Shown one piece after another: positions 21,955 through 32,420 of a stretch of 64,000 bases of DNA. Within the stretch, counting starts at the first letter, position 1; each line of letters begins with the position of its first letter. The DNA comes from Hydrurus foetidus (taxonomy: Eukaryota). The stretch covers positions 3,348,001-3,412,000 of the forward strand of contig UYFQ01000001.1 of assembly GCA_900617105.1 (NCBI GenBank). The letters are read 5' to 3'. The translations under genes and the position numbers were made by a program. The notes under the pieces were generated by a model that worked only from the letters and a program-made list of their open reading frames with translations, made no database searches and was not told where the DNA came from.

Positions 21955-22334
21955 GAGCCCGCATGATGCAATTTTTGTTTTTTTCATCGGCCGTTTTGGT
22001 GGTTGCCGCCGCTCAAGCTGCCAGCGCCGCAGACCGGCCAGCAGCCAAAGCGCCGCCCACCCCCACGTCTGGCACGGTCAGCTTGATTTGCAGTCCTTTT
22101 TATTTGCCCGCCCGCAGCATTTGGAAAAGGGAAGTCGACATTGCGTATGACGCCGATGGTGTGTACGCCGTAAAAATTGATGGGCTGGCCGTGTACAGTT
22201 TTGCTGTGACAGACACCACCTTACTCACCGCAGTCGACGGCGAGCGAATTCAAATCGACACCACCACCCGTACCTGGACCAGCGACCTGCGCGGCCTGGT
22301 CACCAGCAGTGGTGCATGCACTGCGGCAAGTTAG
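21951..22334 (+). CDS. Hypothetical exported protein
   Basis: ATGA overlap with kinase; Sec-type signal peptide; two Cys. Confidence 0.7.
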   Translation: MRARMMQFLFFSSAVLVVAAAQAASAADRPAAKAPPTPTSGTVSLICSPFYLPARSIWKREVDIAYDADGVYAVKIDGLAVYSFAVTDTTLLTAVDGERIQIDTTTRTWTSDLRGLVTSSGACTAAS

Positions 22335-22337
22335 AAC

Positions 22338-22403
22338 GCCATAATAAATATAGCTGCTAGCGCCCGTATTTATTGGGCTATAAGCACTTTTTAATCTTAA
22401 AAA
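22338..22403 (+). repeat. Dispersed palindromic repeat family A, copy 1
   Basis: Core TAGCTGCTAGCGCCCGTATTTATTGGGCTA at 22351-22380. Confidence 0.85.
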
Positions 22404-22418
22404 CGCCTATTTTTGACC

Positions 22419-23321
22419 ATGCAAGCCGTCTGGATGATTCTTTCTGCCTTTGTGTTTTCCAGCATGGCGGTGTGCGTTAAATTTGCGTCCAGCCACTTCA
22501 ATGGCGCTGAACTGGTGTTTTATCGCGGGGTGATTGGCGTGCTGTTCATGTGGTGCTATGCGCACCTTCGCGGTACATCGCTCAAAACCACTGTTTTACC
22601 CATGCACATTTGGCGCAGCGTGGTGGGCGTAGTGGCGCTGTCGGCCTGGTTTTACGCCATCGCGCACTTGCCGCTGGCCACCGCCATGACGCTGAACTAC
22701 ATGAGCAGCGTGTGGATTGCGGCGTTTTTGGTTGGCGGCACGCTGATGTTTGCCAAGGCGGGTCAGAAGGTCCAGTCCCAGGCGCCTTTGGTGGGCGCTA
22801 TTTTGGCCAGCTTCGCCGGCGTCGTCATGCTGCTGCGCCCAACCATTGACCAAAACCAGGCGTTTGCCGGCTTGGTTGGCCTTCTGTCGGGCTTGGGCGC
22901 CGCGTTTGCCTACATGCAGGTAATGGTGCTGGCCCGCATGGGCGAGCCCGAGGCGCGCACCGTGTTTTACTTTGCGGTGGGCACTGTGGTGGCCGGGGCG
23001 CTGGGCATGGCGGTAGTGGGTGTGTCGCCCTGGGACTGGCAGTGGGCACTGTGGCTGCTGCCCATTGGCTTGCTGGCCAGTTTGGGCCAGCTGTGTATGA
23101 CCAAAGCCTATTCCATGTCGACTAACCACGGCGGCACCTTGATGGTGGCGAATTTGCAATATTCGGGCATTATTTTTTCAGCGCTGTACGGGCTGGTATT
23201 GTTTGGCGACCAAATACCGCTGCTGGGCTGGGCGGGCATGGGGCTGATCATGCTGAGCGCCATTGCCGCCACCGTGCTACGAGCCAAAGCCGCGCCCGAC
23301 GCGCCTGCTGAAGAGCATTAA
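22419..23321 (+). CDS. DMT/EamA-family transporter
   Basis: About 10 TM segments, two EamA-like repeats. Confidence 0.88.
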   Translation: MQAVWMILSAFVFSSMAVCVKFASSHFNGAELVFYRGVIGVLFMWCYAHLRGTSLKTTVLPMHIWRSVVGVVALSAWFYAIAHLPLATAMTLNYMSSVWIAAFLVGGTLMFAKAGQKVQSQAPLVGAILASFAGVVMLLRPTIDQNQAFAGLVGLLSGLGAAFAYMQVMVLARMGEPEARTVFYFAVGTVVAGALGMAVVGVSPWDWQWALWLLPIGLLASLGQLCMTKAYSMSTNHGGTLMVANLQYSGIIFSALYGLVLFGDQIPLLGWAGMGLIMLSAIAATVLRAKAAPDAPAEEH

Positions 23322-23339
23322 TTTTTTTAAGGATTTACC

Positions 23340-24206
23340 ATGAGCTACGACCTGTTGATCTCTGCCGAACAACTGCAAACCCTGCTCGCCAGCCAAACGC
23401 CGGTGCGCATTTTTGACTGCACATTTGAGCTGAGCAACCCTGCATTGGGGCACACGCAGTACTTGGAGGCGCACATTCTTGGTGCGGTGTACGCTGATTT
23501 AGACAAACACCTGAGCGACAAGAGCGGTGCTGGGATTTCAGGCGGCCGTCACCCTTTGCCGCAGCGCGAGGCTTTTGCTGCTTGGCTTGGCAGCACGGGC
23601 CTTGCCAACGACATGCAAGCCGTGGTGTACGACCGCAACGGCGCCAACTACTGCGGCCGCCTGTGGTGGATGCTCAAATGGGCAGGCCACAAAAACGTGG
23701 CCGTACTTGACGGCGGCTTGCAAGCTTGGCAAGCGGCGGGCGGGGCAGTCAAAAGCGGGCCTGAAGCCCCAAATTCGCCATCAAATTACACGCTAGCCCA
23801 ATCATTATCGGCTCTGGTAGCTACTAAAACCGTAGCAGATAATTTGGGCCGGCCAATTCAAACCCTCATCGACGCCCGCGGTGAGGCGCGCTTTCGCGGT
23901 GAGGTGGAGCCGCTTGACCCTGTAGCAGGCCACATTCCCGGCGCTCTCAACCGCCCGTTCACGCAAAACATCGGTGCCGACGGCAAGTTCAAACCTGCTG
24001 CGGTGCTTAAAGCGGAGTTTGAGGCCTTGTTGGCAGGCCGAGACCCGGCCACCGTGGTGCACAGCTGCGGCAGCGGCGTGAGCGCTTTGCCCAATATGTT
24101 GGCGATGCAAATTGCGGGGCTGGGCGATTCAACCACGCTAGGTCTGTACGCAGGCAGCTGGAGCGACTGGTGCAGCGACGCCAGCAGGCCAATGGCGCAG
24201 AGTTAA
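23340..24206 (+). CDS. Two-domain rhodanese/sulfurtransferase (SseA-like)
   Basis: [33 protein letters not shown] active loop, YAGSWSDW. Confidence 0.92.
   Translation: MSYDLLISAEQLQTLLASQTPVRIFDCTFELSNPALGHTQYLEAHILGAVYADLDKHLSDKSGAGISGGRHPLPQREAFAAWLGSTGLANDMQAVVYDRNGANYCGRLWWMLKWAGHKNVAVLDGGLQAWQAAGGAVKSGPEAPNSPSNYTLAQSLSALVATKTVADNLGRPIQTLIDARGEARFRGEVEPLDPVAGHIPGALNRPFTQNIGADGKFKPAAVLKAEFEALLAGRDPATVVHSCGSGVSALPNMLAMQIAGLGDSTTLGLYAGSWSDWCSDASRPMAQS
23794..23837 (-). repeat. Family A copy 2, inside the sulfurtransferase coding sequence
   Basis: Reverse complement TAGCTACCAGAGCCGATAATGATTGGGCTA, 22/30 to core, plus TGCTAC left arm. Confidence 0.65.
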
Positions 24207-24213
24207 TCGTTGT

Positions 24214-25971
24214 ATGGGCCAAGCTATCAGCACCTCATCTCTCTCTTCTTTCATCTGGTCAGTCGCCGACCTGCTACGCGGCGACTACAAACAGTCTGAA
24301 TACGGCAAAGTTATTTTGCCGTTTACCGTGCTGCGCCGGCTCGACTGTGTGCTTGAAAGTACCAAGCCTGCCGTGCTAGCCGAGCTTGAAAAGCAGAAAA
24401 AAGCTGACATCAACCCCGAAGCGTTTTTGCTCAAAGCCGCCAAGCAAAAAGAGTTGTACAACGCCTCCCCGCTCGACATGAAAAAGCTCATGGGCGACAC
24501 GGACAACCTGAAGGTCAACCTGCGTGATTACGTCAACGGCTTTAGCCCCGCCGCACGCGACATTTTTGAGCGCTTTGACTTTATTGCTCAAATTGAGCGC
24601 TTGGCCAAGGCAGGCCTGCTGTACCTGGTGGCCGAACGATTTGCGCAAATTGATCTGCACCCCAACGCTGTCAGCAACACCCAGATGGGCCAGGCCTTTG
24701 AAGAGCTGATCCGCAAGTTTGCCGAAGTGTCGAACGAAACCGCAGGCGAGCACTTCACCCCGCGTGAGGTGATACGCCTCATGGTTAGCCTGCTGCTCAC
24801 AGAAGACGACGATATGCTGAGCAAACCCGGCGTGGTGCGCACCATTTATGACCCCACCGCCGGCACAGGCGGCATGCTGACCGCAGCGGCTGACTACCTG
24901 GCCGAGCACAGCGTAGGTGCTGCCCCGGTCATGTTTGGGCAAGAACTGAACGACGAAAGCTACGCCATTTGCAAGGCCGACATGCTGATCAAGGGCCAGC
25001 TGGTGGCCAACATCGTGCCCGGCAACACGTTAAGCGACGACGGCTTTGCCTACCGCAAGTTTGACTACATGCTGTCTAACCCACCCTTTGGTGTGGAATG
25101 GAAAAAGGTCGAAAGCGTCATTCGCAAAGAGCATGAAAGCCAAGGCTTTAACGGCCGCTTCGGCCCCGGCCTGCCGCGCGTGAGCGATGGCTCACTGCTG
25201 TTTTTGCTGCACCTGATAGCCAAAATGACCCCGGCAAAAGATGGCGGCAGCCGCATTGCGATTGTGCTCAATGGCTCACCCCTGTTCACGGGCGGCGCGG
25301 GCAGTGGTGAGAGCGAAATACGCCGCTACGTGCTTGAAAACGATTTGCTGGAAGCCATCGTCGCCTTGCCAACCGACATGTTTTATAACACCGGCATCAG
25401 CACCTACATCTGGGTGTTGACCAACCGCAAGCTCAAGTCACGCGTGGGTAAAGTGCAGCTGATTGACGCATCAGGTATGTGGCAAAAAATGCGCAAGAGT
25501 TTAGGCAGCAAGCGCAAAGAACTCAGCGACGCGCACATCAGCGACATCACCCGCCTGTTTGGTGCGGCCAAACAAGCCCAGGTAGACGGCAAACCCATCA
25601 GCCGCATTTTTAAAAACGAGGACTTTGGCTACAGCACCATCACGGTAGAACGCCCGTTGAAGGATGCAAAAGGCAAGGTTCTATTGGGTGAAAAAGGCAA
25701 GTTCAAAGGCAAACCGCAGCCTGACGCCGCCCTGCGCGACACTGAAAACGTGCCGCTGGGTGAAGACATCAAAGCCTACTTTAAGCGTGAGGTGCTGCCC
25801 CACGCGCCTGATGCCTGGATAGACGACAGCAAAACCAAAGTCGGCTATGAAATCCCGTTTAACCGCCACTTTTACGTGTTTGAGCCGCCCCGCCCACTGG
25901 CCGCGATTGACGCGGATTTAAAGCGGTCAACGGACAAGATTTTGGCGATGATCAAGGGGCTGACGGCATGA
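24214..25971 (+). CDS. hsdM: Type I R-M methyltransferase subunit (N6-adenine)
   Basis: [46 protein letters not shown]. Confidence 0.95.
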   Translation: MGQAISTSSLSSFIWSVADLLRGDYKQSEYGKVILPFTVLRRLDCVLESTKPAVLAELEKQKKADINPEAFLLKAAKQKELYNASPLDMKKLMGDTDNLKVNLRDYVNGFSPAARDIFERFDFIAQIERLAKAGLLYLVAERFAQIDLHPNAVSNTQMGQAFEELIRKFAEVSNETAGEHFTPREVIRLMVSLLLTEDDDMLSKPGVVRTIYDPTAGTGGMLTAAADYLAEHSVGAAPVMFGQELNDESYAICKADMLIKGQLVANIVPGNTLSDDGFAYRKFDYMLSNPPFGVEWKKVESVIRKEHESQGFNGRFGPGLPRVSDGSLLFLLHLIAKMTPAKDGGSRIAIVLNGSPLFTGGAGSGESEIRRYVLENDLLEAIVALPTDMFYNTGISTYIWVLTNRKLKSRVGKVQLIDASGMWQKMRKSLGSKRKELSDAHISDITRLFGAAKQAQVDGKPISRIFKNEDFGYSTITVERPLKDAKGKVLLGEKGKFKGKPQPDAALRDTENVPLGEDIKAYFKREVLPHAPDAWIDDSKTKVGYEIPFNRHFYVFEPPRPLAAIDADLKRSTDKILAMIKGLTA

Positions 25972-26990
25972 CGAAATTGCAAACTTCTGCGGCGATAACC
26001 ACAGGTTTTGATGAGGTGGTGCAACTCATTACAGCGGCTCGCCAGCAGGCCGTAAAACAAGTCAATATCGCTTTGATTGACTTGTATTGGCAAATTGGCG
26101 AACACATAAGCCGCAAAATCGACAGTGCTGAATGGGGTGATGGCATCGTTGATCAACTGGCCCGCCACTTGGCCCACGCCCAGCCCGGCCTGCGCGGCTT
26201 CACACGGCCCAACCTGTTCCGCATGCGCCAGTTTTACGAAGCCTATCGGGGTGATGAAAAAGTCTCACCACTGGCGAGACAATTGCCGTGGACTCACCAC
26301 TTGATCATCTTGAGCCAGTGCAAGCGCCCAGAAGAACGCGACTTCTACCTGCGGCTGGCAGTACAGGAAAAGTGGGGCAAACGGGAACTGGAGCGCCAGC
26401 TAAAAACCGCTTTGTTTGAGCGTATTGTTTTAAGCCCCGCAAAAGTCTCGCCAGCGGTGATACAAACGCACCCAAGTGCACAGCAGGTGTTCAAAGATGC
26501 CTACCTGGTCGAATTTTTGGGCCTGCAAGACGGCCACAGCGAGTCAGACCTGCACACAGGCCTGCTAGCGCAACTCAAAGCATTTTTAACTGAGCTGGGG
26601 CGAGACTTTTGTTTTATTGGCTCAGAGTTTCCGCTGCAAGTCGGCGGACGCGATTTTGCGCTTGACCTGCTGTTTTTTCACCGGGGCCTGAATTGCCTGG
26701 TGGCCATTGAACTCAAGGTTGGGCGGTTTGAGCCTGAATATTTGGGCAAGCTGTCGTTTTACTTAGAAGCGCTAGACCGTGATGCCCGCAAGCCACATGA
26801 AAACCCCGCCATAGGTGTGTTGCTTTGCGCCAGCAAAGACGATGAGGTGGTTGAATACGCCTTGAGCCGCACAGCCTCCCCTGCATTGATAGCCGAATAC
26901 CAAACCCAGTTGCCCAACAAAACCCTGCTGCAAAGCAAGCTGCATGAGTTTTATCTGCAAAACACAGCAGCACAAGAAAGCCAAGCATGA
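25968..26990 (+). CDS. YhcG/DUF1016 PD-(D/E)XK nuclease domain protein
   Basis: [48 protein letters not shown]. Confidence 0.9.
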   Translation: MTKLQTSAAITTGFDEVVQLITAARQQAVKQVNIALIDLYWQIGEHISRKIDSAEWGDGIVDQLARHLAHAQPGLRGFTRPNLFRMRQFYEAYRGDEKVSPLARQLPWTHHLIILSQCKRPEERDFYLRLAVQEKWGKRELERQLKTALFERIVLSPAKVSPAVIQTHPSAQQVFKDAYLVEFLGLQDGHSESDLHTGLLAQLKAFLTELGRDFCFIGSEFPLQVGGRDFALDLLFFHRGLNCLVAIELKVGRFEPEYLGKLSFYLEALDRDARKPHENPAIGVLLCASKDDEVVEYALSRTASPALIAEYQTQLPNKTLLQSKLHEFYLQNTAAQESQA

Positions 26991-28330
26991 GCTTTGCCCG
27001 CTACCCGGCGTACAAAGACAGCGGCGTGGCGTGGCTGGGGGAGGTGCCGGGGCATTGGGAGGTCTGGAAACTTGCGCAAGGCTGCGAGTCAATTGGTAGT
27101 GGCACAACTCCCAAAACAGAAAACATTCTGTATTACGAGGGTGGCGAAATTCCTTGGGTCAACACAGGCGATTTGAACGACTCTGACCTCCTGGATTGCA
27201 ATAAACAAATTACAGAATTAGCAATGGCCCAGCACTCAACGCTAAAACTGTTTCCAGAAGACGCTGTTGTTATTGCAATGTATGGTGCGACCATCGGCAA
27301 ACTGGCTATTTTGAAGTTCCGGGCAACAGTCAATCAGGCTTGCTGCGTATTTTCGGGGAACGGCGCAATAGACAAGAAATTCCTGTTTTTTTGGCTCATG
27401 GGTTTTCGAGAGCAAATCGTCGGTTTGGCAACGGGGGGTGGTCAACCCAACATCAGCCAGGAAATCTTACGAAGCCTAAAACTGGCTTGCCCAGAATTAG
27501 CAGAACAACAAGCCATAGCCACCTTCCTCGACACAGAAACCGCCAAGATCGACGGTTTGATGGCTGAGCAGCGGGCTTTGGTGGCGCTGCTGAAGGAAAA
27601 GCGCCAGGCCGTCATCTCCCACGCCGTGACCAAGGGCTTGAACCCGGCTGCACCCATGAAGGACTCTGGCGTGGCCTGGCTAGGGGAGGTGCCGGGGCAT
27701 TGGAATGTCACCAAAGCAGGACGCTTTCTTTCCATACTTTCGGGGTTCGCATTTCCTTCAAGTGGGTTTTCGATTGACGAATCTAACACCAAACTTCTTC
27801 GTGGCATCAATGTCGGTGTTTCTGAAATTAAGTGGGATCAAACTGTTTACTGGCCGCGTACGGAAGCCGATGATTTGGGGGCTTTTGAACTATCAGCGGG
27901 AGACATAGTGATTGGTATGGACAGGCCCTGGATTAGCGAAGGTGTGCGCGTCGCTCGAATTTCTGAAAAAGACTTGCCTTGCCTGCTGTTGCAGCGTGTG
28001 GCCGCTCTGAGTACTTTTGAAAAACTAAATAGCGACTACTTATTTGAGCTTCTTTCGTCGCAAATCTTTGTTAACTACTTTTCGCCAGACACAACTGGCG
28101 TGAGCGTTCCACACATCAGTCCGAGCCAAATTTCAGAATTCTTGATTCCAATCCCGCCGATTGCTGAACAACAAGCAATCGTCGCACTTATCAACCACCA
28201 AACCACCCAACTCGACACCCTGATACAGGAAGCCCAAACCGCCATCGTCCTGCTGCAAGAGCGCCGCACAGCGCTGATATCGGCGGTGGTAACGGGCAAG
28301 ATGGATGTTCGGGCGGCTATGACTGCGTAA
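26987..28330 (+). CDS. hsdS: Type I R-M specificity subunit
   Basis: Duplicated KDSGVAWLGEVPGHW, P..EQQAI spacers, two TRDs, ALISAVVTGK. Confidence 0.95.
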   Translation: MSFARYPAYKDSGVAWLGEVPGHWEVWKLAQGCESIGSGTTPKTENILYYEGGEIPWVNTGDLNDSDLLDCNKQITELAMAQHSTLKLFPEDAVVIAMYGATIGKLAILKFRATVNQACCVFSGNGAIDKKFLFFWLMGFREQIVGLATGGGQPNISQEILRSLKLACPELAEQQAIATFLDTETAKIDGLMAEQRALVALLKEKRQAVISHAVTKGLNPAAPMKDSGVAWLGEVPGHWNVTKAGRFLSILSGFAFPSSGFSIDESNTKLLRGINVGVSEIKWDQTVYWPRTEADDLGAFELSAGDIVIGMDRPWISEGVRVARISEKDLPCLLLQRVAALSTFEKLNSDYLFELLSSQIFVNYFSPDTTGVSVPHISPSQISEFLIPIPPIAEQQAIVALINHQTTQLDTLIQEAQTAIVLLQERRTALISAVVTGKMDVRAAMTA

Positions 28331-28334
28331 CTAT

Positions 28335-28402
28335 TTACTATACTTTTAGGAGCTGCTCGCGCCCGTATTTATTAGGCTAGCGGCCTATTTTTCACCTAAA
28401 AA
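28335..28402 (+). repeat. Family A copy 3
   Basis: GAGCTGCTCGCGCCCGTATTTATTAGGCTA at 28350-28379. Confidence 0.85.
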
Positions 28403-28458
28403 TGGCCTAAAACCGCGGTTTTGAACCATTTTCAACGCCCTATTTTTGAGCTATGGCG

Positions 28459-28500
28459 TTGACAGACTGACTAAATTAGCTAAACTAAACAAATCAGCTA
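28459..28500 (+). promoter_or_regulatory. Promoter/operator of Phd-VapC module
   Basis: TTGACA-16 bp-TAAACT overlapped by 9-bp period repeats GACTGACTA AATTAGCTA AACTAAACA AATCAGCTA. Confidence 0.6.
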
Positions 28501-28523
28501 CTTCAGATTTTTCAGGAGGTGCC

Positions 28524-28832
28524 ATGCTTACTCTTACCTCTGTCGAGGCGCAAAACCGCTTTGGCCAACTTATTGACACCGCTCAGCGCGAGCCGATCAC
28601 CGTTACCCGGCGCGGCAGGCCTGTCCTGATGCTTCTAGCCGTGCAAGACTACAACGCATTGCAGAATAAGCAAGCACCTGACAACACCCAAATTGCGGCC
28701 AGCTTGAATGCGATTGCAGCTTTCAGGGGCGCAGGCACAGGCAACGCTGTGGCGGGGCTGCTGGCAGACAGAAAATCAGAGCGATTGGCCGACAGAATGG
28801 CAGAGGCAAAGCAAAACGCTTCTACGCCATGA
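28524..28832 (+). CDS. Phd/YefM-family antitoxin
   Basis: AGGAGG RBS; TSVEAQNRFGQLIDTAQREPITVTRRGRP. Confidence 0.9.
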   Translation: MLTLTSVEAQNRFGQLIDTAQREPITVTRRGRPVLMLLAVQDYNALQNKQAPDNTQIAASLNAIAAFRGAGTGNAVAGLLADRKSERLADRMAEAKQNASTP

Positions 28833-29260
28833 GCAGTTACTTGCTGGACACGTCAGCCCTGCTGGCAGTGCGCCACAACGAGCCGGGCGCCGACCGAGTT
28901 GCGGATCTGCTGACAGACAGCGCCAACACAGGCAAAACAGGTCAACCGGGCCAACAGGCGTTTATGCTCTTTGGCTGCTTCATGTCGTTGATGGAGGTGA
29001 TGTACCGGGTATGGAAGGTCGAAGGCGAGGCGGCCGGGCGTGCAGCTTATGCCCAATGCCAAGCCCTGCCAATCACCTGGGTGCATGAAAGCACTGAACT
29101 GCTTGAAAGCGCAGCCCGGCTGAAAGCACTGCACCCATTGTCTCTGGCCGACGCCTGGATTGCAGCCAGTGCCATGCAATGCGGTGCCATATTGGTACAC
29201 AAAGACCCGGAGTTTGAGCCGATCGAAGGCTTACTGGCTGAACAGCTACCCTACAAATAA
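28829..29260 (+). CDS. PIN-domain (VapC-like) toxin
   Basis: YLLDTSAL, EV, LSLADAWIAA, VHKDPEF acidic residues; ATGA overlap with antitoxin. Confidence 0.9.
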   Translation: MSSYLLDTSALLAVRHNEPGADRVADLLTDSANTGKTGQPGQQAFMLFGCFMSLMEVMYRVWKVEGEAAGRAAYAQCQALPITWVHESTELLESAARLKALHPLSLADAWIAASAMQCGAILVHKDPEFEPIEGLLAEQLPYK

Positions 29261-29276
29261 CAGAGGCCACCCCGCC

Positions 29277-32200
29277 ATGAGCCTGCACAAAGAAATCAAC
29301 TTTGAAAACGACGTTTGCACGCACCTGGCGGCTAACGGCTGGCTGTATGCAGAAGGCGATGCCCAGCACTATGACAGGCCACGGGCCTTGTACACGCCCG
29401 ACGTGCTGGCCTGGCTGCAAGCCACGCAGCCGCAAGCTTGGGAAACCCTGCAAAAAAACAATGGCGCAGCGGCTGAAGCCGTGTTGCTTGACCGCCTGCG
29501 CAAGCAACTGGACGAGCGTGGCACGCTGGACGTGCTGCGCCACGGCATTGAGCTGATGGGCTTGCGCCAGGCGCTGAGCCTGGCGCAGTTCAAGCCCGCC
29601 CTGGCCATTAACCCTGAAATTCAAAGCCGGTACGCTGCCAACCGGCTGCGCGTGGTGCGGCAGCTGCGTTATTCAGTCCACAACGAAAACTGCATTGACC
29701 TGGTGCTGTTTTTAAACGGCTTGCCAGTGGCCACGGTAGAGCTGAAAACTGACTTTACCCAGAGCATTGACGACGCTTGTGACCAGTATCGGTTTGACCG
29801 GCAAGCCAAGCCAAAGGGCCAGAACGCCACCGAGCCGCTGCTGAGCTTTCCGAATGGGGCGCTGGTGCATTTTGCGGTGAGTAATTCTGAAGTGCGCATG
29901 ACGACCCGCCTTGCGGGCGCTGCCACGCAATTTTTGCCCTATAACCGGGGTGACGATGGCGCGGCTGGCAACCCGGCCAACCCGACAGGCCACAAAACCG
30001 CCTACCTGTGGCAAGAAGTGTGGGACGTGGCAAGTTGGCTGGAGGTGCTGGGCCGCTACTTGGTAGCTGAGCGGGACGCTAAAAAGCAGATCACCAAGCT
30101 GATCTTTCCGCGTTACCACCAGCTGGACGCTACGCGCAAGTTGCTAGCCACGGTTTTAAACGAAGGCGCTGGCCACAAGTATTTGATTCAGCACTCGGCG
30201 GGCTCTGGCAAAACCAATTCAATCGCTTGGACAGCGCACTTTTTAGCTGACCTGCATGATGCGCAAAACCGCAAGGTATTTGACTCGGTACTCGTCATCA
30301 GCGACCGCACGGTACTTGACGCGCAGCTGCAAGAGGCGATTTTTGGCTTTGAGCGCACCACCGGCGTGGTGGCCAGCATCAAGGGTGAGTCGCAAAGCAA
30401 AAGTGGTGAGCTGGCGCAAGCACTTTCAGGCGGCAAAAAGATTGTGGTGTGCACGATTCAAACCTTTCCATTCGCCATGAAGGCAGTGCATGAGCTGGCC
30501 GCCACGCAAGGCAAACGCTTTGCCGTGATTGCCGACGAAGCGCATTCGTCACAAACCGGGGAAGCCGCCGCCAAGCTGAAGGCAGTGTTGAGTGTTGAGG
30601 AGATTGCGGCGCTGAACGACGGCGGCGAGGTAAGTACTGAAGACCTGCTGGCCGCAAACATGGGCAACCGCGCGGCGGAGGCAGGCATTACCTACGTGGC
30701 GTTTACCGCCACGCCCAAAGCCAAAACGCTCGAATTGTTTGGCCGCAGGCCGCAGCCTGATTTACCCGCCGGGCCGGGCAATTTGCCAGCGCCGTTTCAT
30801 GTGTATTCAATGCGCCAAGCCATTGAAGAAGGTTTTATTTTGGACGTGCTGCAAAACTACACGCCGTATAAAACGGCGTTTAAGCTGACGCACAACGGCG
30901 CGGAGTACGACGAGGCTGAAGTGGAACGCAGCGCGGCGGTCAAGGGCATCATGCGTTGGGTACGACTGCACCCGTACAACATTTCGCAAAAAGTGCAGGT
31001 GGTGGTGGAGCACTTTATTGACAACGTGGCGCTGTTGCTCAACGGCCGCGCCAAGGCCATGGTGGTGGTGGGCAGCCGGGTAGAAGCTGTACGCTGGCAA
31101 CTGGCGGTGAACAAGTACATTCGTGAGAAAAACTACAAAGTCAAAACACTGGTGGCGTTTTCAGGGGAGGTGGTGGATGTGGATTCATTGCCTGAACCTG
31201 TTAGCGAGACGAGCAAACTGCTGAACCCCGGCTTAAAAGGCACGGGCATTCGCGAAGCCTTTGCTACAGACGACTACCAGCTGCTGCTGGTGGCCAACAA
31301 GTTTCAAACGGGGTTTGACCAGCCGCTACTATGCGGCATGTACATCGACAAACGGCTGGCGGGCATTGCAGCGGTGCAAACGCTGTCGCGCTTGAATCGT
31401 GCTTACCGCGATGACAAGTCTTTTAAAGACACAACCTATGTAGTCGACTTTGTGAACGAGCCTGAAGACATACTGGCAGCATTTAAGGACTATCACACCA
31501 CCGCCGAGCTGGCCAACGTGACCGACCCGAACCTTGTTTATGACCTGCGTGCCAAGCTTGACGGCGCGGGGCACTACGACGACTTTGAAGTCAACCGTGT
31601 GGTGGCGGTGCTGATGAACGCAACGCTAAACGGGTCACAAAGCCACGGTGCGCTGGTAGCAGCGATTTCGCCGGTGGCCGACCGGGTAGTTAAAAGGTTT
31701 AAAGCTGCGCAGGAACAGCTAAAGGTCGCACAAGATAAAAAAGATACGGCAGCAGAGCGCGCGGCCAAGGACGACATGGATGCGCTGGACTTGTTCAAGC
31801 ATGACCTGGGCACGTTTTGCCGCGCCTATGCCTTTTTGTCGCAAATGTTTAACTACGGCAACACCGACATTGAAAAACGCGCCATCTTCTACAAGCTGTT
31901 GTTGCCACTGCTTGAATTTAAGCGTGAGCGGGACGGCGTGGACTTGTCAAAACTGGAGTTAACACACCACACGGTGCGAAACCTGGGCAAGCAGGCGCTT
32001 GATTTGAATGCCGGGCTGGCTACAAAGCTGGTGGCTATGGAGCCGGGTGGCGGCACCGTGCAAGAAAAAGAAAAAGCGCTGCTGGCAGAGATCATCAGCA
32101 AAGTAAACGACTTATTTGAAGGCGATTTAACGGACGATGACCAGTTGGTGTACGTCAACAACGTCATCAAAGGCAAGTTGCTTGAGTCTGAAGTGTTAAC

Positions 32201-32420
32201 GCAGCAGGCCAGTAACAACACCAAAGAGCAGTTTTCAAACTCGCCCGACTTGGCTACTGAAATGCTGAGCGCCATCATGGACGCTCTGGCGGCGCACAAC
32301 ACCATGAGCCGACAGGCGCTAGATTCACCCCGCGTGCGAAGTGGGCTTAAAGACGTGTTGATGGGGCCAGGGCAGCTTTACGAAGCTCTGCGCGCGCAGA
32401 GTGCGGGCGTCGGTGCCTGA
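29277..32420 (+). CDS. hsdR: Type I R-M restriction subunit
   Basis: DLVLFLNGLPVATVELK nuclease motif, QHSAGSGKT, IADEAHSSQ, FTATPK, FQTGFDQP, QTLSRLNR; GAGG RBS before ATG 29277. Confidence 0.95.
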   Translation: MSLHKEINFENDVCTHLAANGWLYAEGDAQHYDRPRALYTPDVLAWLQATQPQAWETLQKNNGAAAEAVLLDRLRKQLDERGTLDVLRHGIELMGLRQALSLAQFKPALAINPEIQSRYAANRLRVVRQLRYSVHNENCIDLVLFLNGLPVATVELKTDFTQSIDDACDQYRFDRQAKPKGQNATEPLLSFPNGALVHFAVSNSEVRMTTRLAGAATQFLPYNRGDDGAAGNPANPTGHKTAYLWQEVWDVASWLEVLGRYLVAERDAKKQITKLIFPRYHQLDATRKLLATVLNEGAGHKYLIQHSAGSGKTNSIAWTAHFLADLHDAQNRKVFDSVLVISDRTVLDAQLQEAIFGFERTTGVVASIKGESQSKSGELAQALSGGKKIVVCTIQTFPFAMKAVHELAATQGKRFAVIADEAHSSQTGEAAAKLKAVLSVEEIAALNDGGEVSTEDLLAANMGNRAAEAGITYVAFTATPKAKTLELFGRRPQPDLPAGPGNLPAPFHVYSMRQAIEEGFILDVLQNYTPYKTAFKLTHNGAEYDEAEVERSAAVKGIMRWVRLHPYNISQKVQVVVEHFIDNVALLLNGRAKAMVVVGSRVEAVRWQLAVNKYIREKNYKVKTLVAFSGEVVDVDSLPEPVSETSKLLNPGLKGTGIREAFATDDYQLLLVANKFQTGFDQPLLCGMYIDKRLAGIAAVQTLSRLNRAYRDDKSFKDTTYVVDFVNEPEDILAAFKDYHTTAELANVTDPNLVYDLRAKLDGAGHYDDFEVNRVVAVLMNATLNGSQSHGALVAAISPVADRVVKRFKAAQEQLKVAQDKKDTAAERAAKDDMDALDLFKHDLGTFCRAYAFLSQMFNYGNTDIEKRAIFYKLLLPLLEFKRERDGVDLSKLELTHHTVRNLGKQALDLNAGLATKLVAMEPGGGTVQEKEKALLAEIISKVNDLFEGDLTDDDQLVYVNNVIKGKLLESEVLTQQASNNTKEQFSNSPDLATEMLSAIMDALAAHNTMSRQALDSPRVRSGLKDVLMGPGQLYEALRAQSAGVGA

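Noticed and set aside
24195..32402. 9-bp direct repeat GCGCAGAGT at both ends of the R-M locus as a target-site duplication
   Set aside because: Too short to exclude chance; both copies are inside coding sequence and no transposase is present
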